The notes: generated by a model not told the origin, from the sequence alone. 64,000 nt of DNA from Candidatus Cloacimonadales bacterium (GCA_963662585.1 OY759729.1:192001-256000), one strand, 5' to 3'; counted from the stretch's first letter, positions 19,869 through 30,323 are shown. Program-made: numbers and translations.

Positions 19869-21509
19869 ATGAAAAATTTAATTATAATTCTATCTCTCCT
19901 TACTCTCTTTAGCCTTAATGCTGAAGACTTGAGATTAGATATTATGTTTAGTAATGATGTTCATGGTGGTATCTCACGCGATGAAGCTACCTTTATGAAC
20001 CCGGAATTCCCACCTAGATTAGGAGGCGGAGCTTCTCATGCTACCCTAATCAAATATGTGAGAAGTCTGGCTAGCGAAAAAAGAGCTAATCTTTTACTTG
20101 ATGCTGGTGACTTCTGGCAAGGTAAACCTATCGGTACCGTTACTAATGGTGAAGCTATTATTGAATATTATAACATGATTGGTTATGATGCTTTAACTAT
20201 CGGTAACCATGAATATGATATCAAAGAAAAAGAGATCATTGAAACTCTTAAAATGGCTAATTTCCCAATTCTCTCTTGTAATATTGTAGATAAAGCTACA
20301 GGACAACTAGTAGATTATGTGCAACCTTATGTTATGATAGAGAAAATGGGAGTTAAAATTGGTTTAATTGGTGTAACAACTATTGATACTAAACTTATGA
20401 GTTTCCCTGATAATATCGAAGGACTTGACTTCTTAGATGAAATTGAATCACTTAATAAATATATTCCTATCGTCAAGGCTAAAGGCGCTGATATTGTTAT
20501 CGTTCTCGGCCACATGGGTCTTCCCTATGACCCTGCTGCTAGCTATAAAAAGAGATTCGTAGATGATTCCATGGAAAAGAAGAAAAGATACTATGGTTGG
20601 GATTCTCAAGAGATTCTTCATCATGTTGAAGGTATTGACCTCTTAGTTGGTGGTCACATGCATAAAGGCTTTGCTGAACCATGGATTGATCCTGTAACTC
20701 AAGGAATGGCTATTCAAGGCTACGCCTTTGGCTCTAACTTAGGTTGGATTACTCTTAAAATCGATCCAGAGACAAAAACTCTTTCAGGTTATGAACTCCC
20801 TTCTCTTTCTAATGGATTAATGATAACTATGTTTGAAGATGAGTTCCCTCTTGATCCAGAGATTAATGAAGTTATTGAAGCTAACAGAAAATTAGCAGAA
20901 GCTGGTATGGATGATGTTATCGGTTCTTCAGAAGTTCATCTCCACAGACAAAATGTGGAAGCTCAATCTCCAATGGGTAATACTGTTGCTGATGCAATGA
21001 GACTTCAAACTAATGCTGATTTCTCTTTCTTAAACTTAGGTGGAATTAGAGCAGAAATCGGTGCTGGTCCTGTTACTTATAGAGATATCTTCTCTGTAAT
21101 GCCTTTTGATAATCAGCTTATCTCCTTCCAATGTGACGGAAGATTCTTAAAACAAATCATCGAAACTCGTATTGAAGGTTCAAGAGCTGGTATGATCTGT
21201 TCAGGTGCTAAAGTTAGATTTAGTAGAACTAGGGAAAACTTTGACAGAATCACTGAATTAATCATCGGTGGACAAGAATGGGATCCTGACAAAATCTACA
21301 CAGTTGCTACAACAGACTTCTTAATGGAAGGAAATGCTGGCTTAGCTCTCTTAACAAATGTTGAAGAAGAAAATATCTCTCGCAATGAATTGAACTTGAG
21401 AGATGCTATAGCTAATCATTTCAAACAAAACTCACCTATGAAAACAAAAATTGATGATCGTTGGATTAGAGATGATAAATCCGAACCAAAAGAGTATTTA
21501 AGGAAATAA
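19869..21509 (+). CDS. Bifunctional UDP-sugar hydrolase/5'-nucleotidase (UshA-like), exported
   Basis: NDVHG, LDAGDFWQG, IGNHEYD, LGHMG, GGHMH, NLGGIRA, VMPFDN. Confidence 0.93.
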   Translation: MKNLIIILSLLTLFSLNAEDLRLDIMFSNDVHGGISRDEATFMNPEFPPRLGGGASHATLIKYVRSLASEKRANLLLDAGDFWQGKPIGTVTNGEAIIEYYNMIGYDALTIGNHEYDIKEKEIIETLKMANFPILSCNIVDKATGQLVDYVQPYVMIEKMGVKIGLIGVTTIDTKLMSFPDNIEGLDFLDEIESLNKYIPIVKAKGADIVIVLGHMGLPYDPAASYKKRFVDDSMEKKKRYYGWDSQEILHHVEGIDLLVGGHMHKGFAEPWIDPVTQGMAIQGYAFGSNLGWITLKIDPETKTLSGYELPSLSNGLMITMFEDEFPLDPEINEVIEANRKLAEAGMDDVIGSSEVHLHRQNVEAQSPMGNTVADAMRLQTNADFSFLNLGGIRAEIGAGPVTYRDIFSVMPFDNQLISFQCDGRFLKQIIETRIEGSRAGMICSGAKVRFSRTRENFDRITELIIGGQEWDPDKIYTVATTDFLMEGNAGLALLTNVEEENISRNELNLRDAIANHFKQNSPMKTKIDDRWIRDDKSEPKEYLRK

Positions 21510-21512
21510 TTA

Positions 21513-22199
21513 ATGATTACACTTGCTATTGATACCTCAAATAGCTCTGGCAGTATTGCCTTACTAAAAAATAAAGAACTACTCTTTAGTAGCTTCTTCA
21601 ATATAAAGATTACTCATTCAGAGACTTTAATGCCCGAAATAGATCGGGCATTAAGCCTCTGTAATCTTAAAACTAGTGATTTAGATGCAATTGCTATTGC
21701 CATAGGTCCTGGATCATTTACAGGACTAAGAATCGGCTTAGCTACAGTAAAAGGTATAAGCTATGCCCATAAAGTACCTATCATTCCGATAAGTTCACTT
21801 AAAGTAGTAGCAATGAATTATTATAATTGTGGCAAAGACATCTTAGTAATGCAAGATGCTAAAATGAAAGAAGTATATGTTGCTCTCTACTCTTCTCAAT
21901 TAGAAGAGATTATTGCCCCTGTCTGTATTAAACCTGAAGAGGTGAAGCAACTTATAAACAAAGCAACTATTATTGTTGGAACAGGTATTGCGAATTATCA
22001 AGAATTTATTAAAGGTTCTCCCGATATTGAGATTAATCCTCTCCTAGAGAAAAATCAAGCAAAAGCAGAATCAATGTTTTCTATTATCCAAATTGAAAAT
22101 ATTAATCCTTCTTTTGACTTCGATTTTAATTCTAAACTTGAACCATATTATATTCGTAAATCCCAGGCGGAAGTTAATCGAATTCAAAAAAATAATTAG
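21513..22199 (+). CDS. tsaB: tRNA threonylcarbamoyladenosine biosynthesis protein TsaB
   Basis: LAIDTS, HSETLMP, GPGSFTGLRIG, DAKMKEVY, LEPYYIR. Confidence 0.95.
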   Translation: MITLAIDTSNSSGSIALLKNKELLFSSFFNIKITHSETLMPEIDRALSLCNLKTSDLDAIAIAIGPGSFTGLRIGLATVKGISYAHKVPIIPISSLKVVAMNYYNCGKDILVMQDAKMKEVYVALYSSQLEEIIAPVCIKPEEVKQLINKATIIVGTGIANYQEFIKGSPDIEINPLLEKNQAKAESMFSIIQIENINPSFDFDFNSKLEPYYIRKSQAEVNRIQKNN

Positions 22200-22239
22200 T
22201 TAAAAAACCTCTATCGTAGGTATAAATTTTGGAGTGAAT

Positions 22240-23277
22240 ATGTTATTACAAAGATTGTTTAGCAAAATATCAAATGATATTGCTATTGACTTAGGTACAG
22301 CGAATACCTTAGTATATAAAAAAAATTCTGGTATCGTAATTAATGAACCATCTGTTGTTGCTTTATCGACAGATAGTAAAAAAGTGCTAGCTATTGGCAC
22401 CGATGCTAAAGAGATGTTAGGAAGAAATCCTGCAGAAGTGACAGTAATTAAACCACTCAAAGATGGTGTGATTGCTGATTTTCAGGTTACAGAAATTATG
22501 CTCCGAAACTTAATTCTTAGAGCCCAAAAAAATAAATTCCATATCAGACCTAGAGTTATCGTATGTGTTCCTTCAGGAATTACTGAGGTTGAAAAAAGAG
22601 CTGTTAGAGATAGTGCCTTGCATGCTGGCTCGCGCGAAGTATATCTAGTTTCCGAACCCATTGCTGCTGCTATCGGAGCCGACCTTCAGATTAACAAACC
22701 TTATGGTAACTTAGTCATGGATATCGGTGGAGGAACTTCTGAAATCGCTGTAATCTCCCTCTCCCATATCGTAGTTCATAACTCAATAAGAGTTGGAGGA
22801 GATTCTATCGATAGAGATATTATTAATCATCTTCGCAAAAAGAATAATCTTCATGTAGGTATTCAAACCGCTGAAGAGATTAAAAAGAAAATTGGTTCAT
22901 GTGTTCCTCTTAAAGAAGAGTTAATAATGAATGTATCTGGCAGAGATATCGTTAGTGGTTACCCAGTAACAGTTGAAATCTCTTCTGATGAAATAAGAGA
23001 AGCCATTAGCGACACTGTAGATATTATGATTGACGCAATAAAAAAATTGTTTGAAAAGACTGCTCCAGAATTAGCTTCAGATATAGCTGAAAGAGGTGTT
23101 TTCTTAACTGGTGGTGGAGCTTTACTAAGAGGATTAGACACAAAAATACAAAAGACCGTTGATTTACCAGTTCATGTTGTCCCTGATCCCTTAACCTGCG
23201 TTGTAAAAGGTTCTGGTAAAATCTTAGATAATTTAGAACTTTATAAAGAAGTATTGATTAAGAAAATTGAAGATTAA
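22240..23277 (+). CDS. mreB: Rod shape-determining protein MreB
   Basis: DIAIDLGTANT, PLKDGVIADF, ITEVEKRAV, DIGGGTSE, LTGGGALL. Confidence 0.97.
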   Translation: MLLQRLFSKISNDIAIDLGTANTLVYKKNSGIVINEPSVVALSTDSKKVLAIGTDAKEMLGRNPAEVTVIKPLKDGVIADFQVTEIMLRNLILRAQKNKFHIRPRVIVCVPSGITEVEKRAVRDSALHAGSREVYLVSEPIAAAIGADLQINKPYGNLVMDIGGGTSEIAVISLSHIVVHNSIRVGGDSIDRDIINHLRKKNNLHVGIQTAEEIKKKIGSCVPLKEELIMNVSGRDIVSGYPVTVEISSDEIREAISDTVDIMIDAIKKLFEKTAPELASDIAERGVFLTGGGALLRGLDTKIQKTVDLPVHVVPDPLTCVVKGSGKILDNLELYKEVLIKKIED

Positions 23278-23282
23278 TAAGC

Positions 23283-24077
23283 GTGAAAAAAATCTCATTT
23301 TTACGATTGATTCTATTAATAGTTTCGATAATTTTAGTTATTGGAGATCAAGATCATAAGATTAAGAAAGCTGATTTTTTCTCATCTTATATTTTATATC
23401 CCTACTCAAAATCGATAAACTATTTTCAATCACTTAAGAAAAAAGAGAGTGAAATTGAAAAACTTACTCAAGAACTTTTTGAACAGCGAATTAATACTAG
23501 TTTACTTAAATCAGAATTAATCAGAACTAAAGCAGAATTAGACTTAAAAGATAGATGGTTCTCTGAATCAGATTCTCTCTTTAAAAGTTTGGAGATTATC
23601 AGTGCGAAAGTTATTTCCAACTCCTTTCCAGTCTATTCTAAAGTACTAATGTTAGATAAAGGTTTAACAGATCACATTGAAGTCAATGATGCCGTAATCA
23701 GCCAATATGGTATTGTTGGGAAAGTTTTTAATGTTTCTCCAACTCACTCTTTAGTCCTACCCATAGTTAATTATAATGCTAAATTCTCTGTTATGAATAA
23801 GAAAAATGTTCAAGGAATACTTAATGCAGATTATCAAGGTACTCTTAAAATGAGTTTTATTGAAAAAAATTCAGACATTAATGCTGGAGATACCTTGTAT
23901 ACTTCTAATTTATCTGAGGTCTTTACGAATTATTATGCCCCTGTTGGAGTAGTTGACTCTGTATTTATGGCAAATAATCAATTATATTTAGAGGCTTTAG
24001 TGAGATCTTTTACCCAGATAAATAATCTTACAACTGTATTTGTTATTAAAAGGAAAACAAAAAATGAAAAAATTTGA
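23283..24077 (+). CDS. mreC: Rod shape-determining protein MreC
   Basis: N-terminal TM plus coiled coil, LDKG...DAVISQYGIVGKV, GDTLYTS; follows mreB. Confidence 0.9.
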   Translation: MKKISFLRLILLIVSIILVIGDQDHKIKKADFFSSYILYPYSKSINYFQSLKKKESEIEKLTQELFEQRINTSLLKSELIRTKAELDLKDRWFSESDSLFKSLEIISAKVISNSFPVYSKVLMLDKGLTDHIEVNDAVISQYGIVGKVFNVSPTHSLVLPIVNYNAKFSVMNKKNVQGILNADYQGTLKMSFIEKNSDINAGDTLYTSNLSEVFTNYYAPVGVVDSVFMANNQLYLEALVRSFTQINNLTTVFVIKRKTKNEKI

Positions 24078-24741
24078 ACCAGTGGTTATTATCAATAATG
24101 TTAGCTATCGTAGAATACCTATTAAAACAAGAATTTTATCACCTCAAGATGATATTATAGATTTAATCAAGGAATATGTAAAACCTCTTTTTCAAACTGG
24201 AGATATTGTTACTCTAAGTGAATCTCCAGTAGCTATTACCCAAGGTCGTGCTATTCCGGTCAGCGAACTAAAAATTGGTTGGTTAGCTAATTTCCTTTGG
24301 AAGTATGTAGCAAAAGTTCCTTACGGGGTTGGACTTCGTGCACCTGAAAGTATGCAGTGTGCAATTGATGAAGCTGGGGGATTAAGAATTATCCTAGCTG
24401 CTGGTGTTGGAGCTATAACTAAATTGTTTGGTATCAAAGGAATGTTCTATAGAGTTGCTGGTATGCAAGCTGCTCTTATTGATGCAGCAACAACCTCACC
24501 TGTCCCCCCTTACGATAAATGCGTGATTAAAGGTCCAAAGAACCCGCAAAAAGTAACAGAAGATATCTACAAAGCAACTGGCATTGATACAGTAATTATG
24601 GATATCAATGATATCGGTGGAAGCTGGGCTATAGGTGCTAGCAAGAATGTTGATAAGAAGTTAGTCCAGAAGATTATGAAAGATAATCCTCAAGGTCAGG
24701 GAGATGAACTAACACCCTTCTGCATTATTAGGCAAGAATAA
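24064..24741 (+). CDS. CofE-like (F420-0:gamma-glutamyl ligase family) protein
   Basis: IPIKTRIL...GDIVTLSESPVAITQGR, AALID, IMDINDIG, DNPQGQGDELTP. Start ATG 24064 overlaps the mreC end. Confidence 0.75.
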   Translation: MKKFEPVVIINNVSYRRIPIKTRILSPQDDIIDLIKEYVKPLFQTGDIVTLSESPVAITQGRAIPVSELKIGWLANFLWKYVAKVPYGVGLRAPESMQCAIDEAGGLRIILAAGVGAITKLFGIKGMFYRVAGMQAALIDAATTSPVPPYDKCVIKGPKNPQKVTEDIYKATGIDTVIMDINDIGGSWAIGASKNVDKKLVQKIMKDNPQGQGDELTPFCIIRQE

Positions 24742-25232
24742 TGAATTCTGTTCTCTTAAGTATTCTTACTTTATTTGGTTTATTTTATCAAGTTCTTACA
24801 CTTAATGAAGTGTCACTTTTTAATTATATACCAAATATTTTAATAGCTCTTTTGATATTTAGTCACTTTTATCTTAATATCAATTACCATACTTTGCTCT
24901 TCTTTCTGGTTGGTTTAGCACTAGACTGTAGTAATCCCCTTATGTTTGGGACTATTACTTTCTCATTTATGCTCATATCCTACTTAACAACAACAATTAG
25001 AAAGCATATAGATTTACACATTTTTGTTAATAAATTAGTTTTAGTTGTAGTGTCTAATGCTGTATTTTATTTAATTTATCTCTTCTTTTCTACTATTACC
25101 TACAAACAGCCTTTTCCTATTATTCTATTAAATTTTGCAATTAGTCTCTTTCTTAATACAATCTTCTCTGTAATAATAATTACTGTCTTAGATTTTATAA
25201 GAATGTTGAAATTAGATTACTCAAATGAATAA
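24741..25232 (+). CDS. mreD: Rod shape-determining protein MreD
   Basis: Hydrophobic 163 aa with PNILI and FLVGLALD motifs, directly upstream of mrdA. Confidence 0.8.
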   Translation: MNSVLLSILTLFGLFYQVLTLNEVSLFNYIPNILIALLIFSHFYLNINYHTLLFFLVGLALDCSNPLMFGTITFSFMLISYLTTTIRKHIDLHIFVNKLVLVVVSNAVFYLIYLFFSTITYKQPFPIILLNFAISLFLNTIFSVIIITVLDFIRMLKLDYSNE

Positions 25233-27015
25233 CCTGACCATATCACAAATTCTCAAACTTATTCTTGTCTTGGGGTTTAGTATATTAATATTCTCATTAG
25301 CTAAACTTCAAATAATTGATGGAGAGATATATAACGAATATGCTAAAAATAACTATGTAAAAAAAAGTAGACTTGAGGCCAACAGAGGTGAAATATTTGA
25401 TCGTTTTGGTGTCCCCATTGCACAAAATTATCCTGCTATTCATCTGGCTGTTATTCCTGGTTTTATAACTAATGAAGATTCCCTTAAATCTTTCTTATCT
25501 TCGAGTATAAATGTTACAGCTGAAGATTTTGATAACTTCATTTATGAAACAAGATTTCGTAAGTACCAAGAAAATGTCTTCATCGACAACCTTGATACCA
25601 AACAAGTTGCAAAATTATCAGAAAGTTTCAATTATTTTCCAGAATTGAGATTCTCTATTAGTAATACAAGAAGATACCATTTTCCTAACCACTTTACTGG
25701 ATATATTGGTCGAATAAATCAAGAAGAATATGCTTCATTAAAAGATTTAGGATATCATTATAACAGCTTCTTAGGAAAAACAGGCATTGAAAAACAGTAT
25801 GAAACCATCCTTAAAGGAGTTGATGGAGTCCAGCTTAACTTAGTTGATGCTAGAGGAAGAAATTTAGATTTATTTAATAGTATTTCAAACAATAGAGACA
25901 ATATTAATATCCCCCCTATTCATGGAATGAATATCAATCTAACCATTGATGTTAATCTACAAAAGTTTGTTGATGATAATTTCCCTCCTGACCTAAGGGG
26001 AGCTGTTGTGGTTATGGACTATGAAACTGGCGAAGTTTTAGCCTATGTATCTAGGCCTGAATTTGATCAGAACATTTTTATGTCCAGAATTCCAACTACT
26101 ATGTGGGATTCTATCAGAGCAGATACCACTAAACCATTTTTAGACAGAGTTAGCAAGGCAGTTTATCCCCCTGGTTCTGTATTCAAAATAATTACTTCCG
26201 GTTATGGTTTAGAAAACTCTTTAGTTAACCGTTGGACAAAACTTAGCTATTGCGATGGCGGATTACAGGTTGGAAATAGATATGTAAAGTGTTGGAATAG
26301 ATATGGGCATGGTAGCCTAAATGTTATCGATGCCCTAAAAGTTTCTTGTGATGTCTATTTCTATGATCTCTCTTTTAGGATTGATATGGATGATTTTTGC
26401 TATTTTGTTAAAGACTCAATGCTTAGTGAAAAAACAGGTATTGATATTCCAGATGAAGCTAAAGGCTTCTTCCCTACTAGCAAGTGGTATCAGGATATGT
26501 ATGGCAAATATGTATCTATTAGAGGACACATGGTTAATCTATCTATTGGGCAAGGTGAAATGTTTATGACCCCACTTCAAATTTGTGCCCTTTATGCAGG
26601 AATCGCCAACGAAGGTCTATGGAAAAAACCTCATTTACTAAAACAAGCAGTAAGAGAAGACTCTATACTCACAATAGATGATTTCATAGATAATTTAGAA
26701 GTAGAACTTCCATTGAATGAAGAAAATCTAGCTATTATCGAAGAAGGTTTAAGGAAAGTTGTTACTCAACCAGATGGAACTGCTCATACAATCAATAGAC
26801 CCAATCGTAATCTTTATGGTAAGACAGGTTCTGCTGAACATAAAAAAGATAGAGACACTCATGCTTGGTTTGCAGGTTATGATAAAGATACTAAAATTGC
26901 CATTACAGTCTTTGCTCAAGAAGCAGGTGGTGGTGGTAGTGTAGCTGCTCCAATTGCAGGAAAAGTATTTGATTTCTATTATGAATATAAAGGAAATGAG
27001 TATGCTGAAAATTAA
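25225..27015 (+). CDS. mrdA: Penicillin-binding protein 2
   Basis: RGEIFDR, GKTGIEKQYE, YPPGSVFK (SxxK), SCDVYFY, GKTGSAE. Confidence 0.95.
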   Translation: MNNLTISQILKLILVLGFSILIFSLAKLQIIDGEIYNEYAKNNYVKKSRLEANRGEIFDRFGVPIAQNYPAIHLAVIPGFITNEDSLKSFLSSSINVTAEDFDNFIYETRFRKYQENVFIDNLDTKQVAKLSESFNYFPELRFSISNTRRYHFPNHFTGYIGRINQEEYASLKDLGYHYNSFLGKTGIEKQYETILKGVDGVQLNLVDARGRNLDLFNSISNNRDNINIPPIHGMNINLTIDVNLQKFVDDNFPPDLRGAVVVMDYETGEVLAYVSRPEFDQNIFMSRIPTTMWDSIRADTTKPFLDRVSKAVYPPGSVFKIITSGYGLENSLVNRWTKLSYCDGGLQVGNRYVKCWNRYGHGSLNVIDALKVSCDVYFYDLSFRIDMDDFCYFVKDSMLSEKTGIDIPDEAKGFFPTSKWYQDMYGKYVSIRGHMVNLSIGQGEMFMTPLQICALYAGIANEGLWKKPHLLKQAVREDSILTIDDFIDNLEVELPLNEENLAIIEEGLRKVVTQPDGTAHTINRPNRNLYGKTGSAEHKKDRDTHAWFAGYDKDTKIAITVFAQEAGGGGSVAAPIAGKVFDFYYEYKGNEYAEN

Positions 27016-28213
27016 GAACTTTGATTTAGGACTATTCTTTGCATGGTTCTTATTAGTTTCGATTGGTATAATTATAATCTATACTGCATCTATTACTAGT
27101 TATGGAGAATTTACTCAAGTAAATAATTATTACATCAAACAGTTAGTATTTTTTCTATTTATTATTCCGATCTTCTTCTTTATTCAAAAGATTCCCTACT
27201 TTATTATAGATGCCTTAATAATACCAGGTTACATTATCTCCATAATTTTACTCTTTATCGTACTATTTACCCCTGAAATTAATGGCTCAAACAGATGGAT
27301 ACAATTAGGTGGCTTTTCGCTACAACCTTCCGAAATCGCTAAGATTATGACTATATTGACTATTAGTAAGTTTCTCGCAAAACCTCATCAAGGGGATTCT
27401 CGTAAAATAATAACTGGTATTATTATTGCTTTGATACCTATTTTCCTTATAATGATAGAACCTGATTTTGGAACTACTTTGGTATTTTGGGTCTCCCTTT
27501 TCGCTATGCTCATGGCAGCCAATGTTCCTATAATCTATCTGTTAATCCTTATTGCTCCAATTATATCCATTTCGTTAGTAATTTTCTCGCCCTACTCAGC
27601 CTTGATATTTATCATTCTTTTTAGTTTTCTTCTTTTTAAATTAAAATTCAATTGGGTAGTTCAAGCAATATCTTTCCTCACGAATCTCTTTGGCAGTATT
27701 ATCTTCTGGCAAATCCTCAAACCTTATCAAATTAACAGAATACTGACCTTTATAGACCCGACAAGAGACCCTCTTGGTGCAGGGTATCAAGTAATACAAT
27801 CCAAAATAGCTGTTGGTTCAGGTGGTCTTTGGGGCAAAGGTTTTCTGCAAGGTACACAGAAGAACTTAGACTTTTTACCTGAAAATCATACAGATTTCAT
27901 TTTTTCAGTATATGGTGAAGAATTAGGCTTCATGTTTTCTTTACTTCTTCTCGGACTTTTTTTCTATTTATTAATAAAAATAATAAAATCTATTGACAAA
28001 ATATATGTTCTTGAGCGTAAGATTGCAACAGTTGGTATATTTGCCTTTATATTTTTCCAACTGTTTGTAAATATAGGAATGAATATTGGAATAGTTCCAA
28101 CCACAGGAGTTCCTCTACCATTTATTAGTTATGGTGGATCAAATCTTGTAATTAATTCAGTATCAATAGCTTTGGTACAAAAATATTTAGTTGAAAAAGG
28201 ATTTATGAAATGA
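27002..28213 (+). CDS. rodA: Peptidoglycan glycosyltransferase RodA
   Basis: SNRWI..GGFSLQPSE, EPDFGT, GYQVIQSKIAVGSGG, PENHTDFIF, GVPLPFISYGGS. Start refined using the SD. Confidence 0.96.
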   Translation: MLKIKNFDLGLFFAWFLLVSIGIIIIYTASITSYGEFTQVNNYYIKQLVFFLFIIPIFFFIQKIPYFIIDALIIPGYIISIILLFIVLFTPEINGSNRWIQLGGFSLQPSEIAKIMTILTISKFLAKPHQGDSRKIITGIIIALIPIFLIMIEPDFGTTLVFWVSLFAMLMAANVPIIYLLILIAPIISISLVIFSPYSALIFIILFSFLLFKLKFNWVVQAISFLTNLFGSIIFWQILKPYQINRILTFIDPTRDPLGAGYQVIQSKIAVGSGGLWGKGFLQGTQKNLDFLPENHTDFIFSVYGEELGFMFSLLLLGLFFYLLIKIIKSIDKIYVLERKIATVGIFAFIFFQLFVNIGMNIGIVPTTGVPLPFISYGGSNLVINSVSIALVQKYLVEKGFMK

Positions 28214-28791
28214 CCAAAAAAAGTATTATTATCTTAATATTATCAATTATTCTACTCTCATGTTCTCGTTTTATTAAACTTAGAGAAGAAAATTTCACAA
28301 AGCAATTATCAGAAAACCTTATTGAAAATGGAGATTTTGAGATTTATCAAGATAATATTGATAATTCATTACCTGGTTGGATTTTTGATAAAATTTCTAC
28401 TGATAAAGTTTCCATTGATACAACTAGAAGCTTTGTGGGAAATAATTGCTTAAAAATTTCCCAACCTTCCAGAGAAATGCAATTAGTCACAAAACCTTTT
28501 CATACTAACCACAGAAATGTTTACGGCATAAGATTATCTGCTAAATCAGTGTTGAGAAAAATTCCTATTGTTATTCATTTTTTAACTTTTTCTGAAGATG
28601 GAAAGATTGTTTCAAAATACTACAGCAATATTACTGTTGATACTAAATGGCACACATATACTTTTGTTTCTGATTATCTTAAGGTTAATTCTGAGTTTGG
28701 AAGAGTCTTTATTACTATTCCCGAGAACAATTCAGTTTTACTTTTAGATGATATCAATTGCCTTATTATCGATGCTTACCAAAAAAAGTAA
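28210..28791 (+). CDS. Lipoprotein with a carbohydrate-binding (CBM4/9-like) beta-sandwich domain
   Basis: Lipobox LLSC; NLIENGDFE...LPGW; W..YTF; LLLDDI. Confidence 0.65.
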   Translation: MTKKSIIILILSIILLSCSRFIKLREENFTKQLSENLIENGDFEIYQDNIDNSLPGWIFDKISTDKVSIDTTRSFVGNNCLKISQPSREMQLVTKPFHTNHRNVYGIRLSAKSVLRKIPIVIHFLTFSEDGKIVSKYYSNITVDTKWHTYTFVSDYLKVNSEFGRVFITIPENNSVLLLDDINCLIIDAYQKK

Positions 28792-28846
28792 TGTAACTAA
28801 ACTGTCACCCTCCCGTTATACATTAAAAAAATTGAAGGAGTTTAAA

Positions 28847-30289
28847 ATGTTTAAAACCCATAAGTATTTTGCCCTAATATTAATAATGTTAATTGCTAGC
28901 GTATCACTCATAGCTAAAGAGAAGAGTCCTTTTGTTGATATAGTAAAACAAAGTAGAGATGCTGTAGTCCAAATTAAAGTTGAAGGAACAATAGCTAATC
29001 AATATAGAAATCCATTTCAGAATGACGATTTTTTTAAGTTCTTTTTCCCTCAACAACCTCAAGTAAGACCTTATGTATCCCTTGGAAGTGGCTTCATATT
29101 TGATTATAATGAAAATGACGATATAGCTTATATTCTTACTAATAACCATGTTGTTGAATTAGGTGAAAAGGGTACAATAACTGTTACTTTAGCTGATAAG
29201 AATAGTATTGAAGCTGAGATAGTAGGTTTAGATCAAGCAACTGATTTAGCTGTCATTAAAATACAAGTACCTAAAAATGAGAAAATTACAGTTTTACCTC
29301 TAGGTAATTCTTCTACTCTAGAAATTGGTGAGTGGGCTATAGCAATTGGAAATCCTTTTGGTGATTCAGGACTTGATAGAACTGTCACTGTGGGAGTAAT
29401 TTCAGCCTTAGGAAGAGCTGGTATGAATTTTGGCAACAACTCCCCTATCTTCCAAGATTATGTCCAAACTGATGCTGCTATCAACCCTGGCAACAGCGGT
29501 GGACCACTCTTAGATATTGATGGTAAAGTAATAGGTATTAATGCAGCCATAACCAGTACTAGCGGTGGAAATGTAGGTATCGGCTTCGCAATTCCTATTG
29601 ATTTAGCTAAAAAAGTTTCAGAGGATATCTTGGAATATGGATATGTCCGTAGAGCTTATCTAGGAATAATGCCACAAGAGATTAATGAAGATCTTAAAAT
29701 TAACTTTGATTTAAATGAATTAGCCGGTGTTTTAGTAACAAATGTTGAACCTGATACTCCAGCTTCTCGAGCAGGATTAAAAAAAGGTGATATAATTAAA
29801 GCCCTAAATGGTACTAAAATCCATAATATTCATAAATTTAGAACTGAGATTGCTCATAGTCCTATAGATTCTCCTATTGATATTTCTATTATTAGAGATA
29901 AAAAAAACAAGGTCATCACTGCAACTTTAAGTGAACATCCTGAATTTAGCAAAAACCAAAGTCAATTAGCTAAACAGAAAAAAGCATCAGTAGGGATTGT
30001 AGTTACTGATCGAGATAGTGAATTTGCTCTTAAATTTAATAACACTGTTGATAAGGGTGTTGTAGTACAGTCAATATCACCAGCTTCTCAAGCTAGTTCA
30101 ACTAATTTACAAGTAGGAGATGTTATTCTTGAAGTTAATAATGTTGAAATAAATAATGTAGAAGAGTTCGAGAATGAAATTGAAAAATCACTCGATACTG
30201 ATGATAATATAAAAAGGATTCTTCTTCGTGTAGCTACAAAGAATAAAAACAATTTTATATCCTTTGTTGCTATTAACATAATCGAATAG
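28847..30289 (+). CDS. htrA: Do/HtrA family serine protease with two PDZ domains
   Basis: GSGFI, TNNHVV, TDLAVIK, QTDAAINPGNSGGPL, GIGFAIP. AAGGAG precedes ATG 28847. Confidence 0.95.
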   Translation: MFKTHKYFALILIMLIASVSLIAKEKSPFVDIVKQSRDAVVQIKVEGTIANQYRNPFQNDDFFKFFFPQQPQVRPYVSLGSGFIFDYNENDDIAYILTNNHVVELGEKGTITVTLADKNSIEAEIVGLDQATDLAVIKIQVPKNEKITVLPLGNSSTLEIGEWAIAIGNPFGDSGLDRTVTVGVISALGRAGMNFGNNSPIFQDYVQTDAAINPGNSGGPLLDIDGKVIGINAAITSTSGGNVGIGFAIPIDLAKKVSEDILEYGYVRRAYLGIMPQEINEDLKINFDLNELAGVLVTNVEPDTPASRAGLKKGDIIKALNGTKIHNIHKFRTEIAHSPIDSPIDISIIRDKKNKVITATLSEHPEFSKNQSQLAKQKKASVGIVVTDRDSEFALKFNNTVDKGVVVQSISPASQASSTNLQVGDVILEVNNVEINNVEEFENEIEKSLDTDDNIKRILLRVATKNKNNFISFVAINIIE

Positions 30290-30323
30290 AATTTTTGACA
30301 AATTTAATGCAGTAAATAGATTT

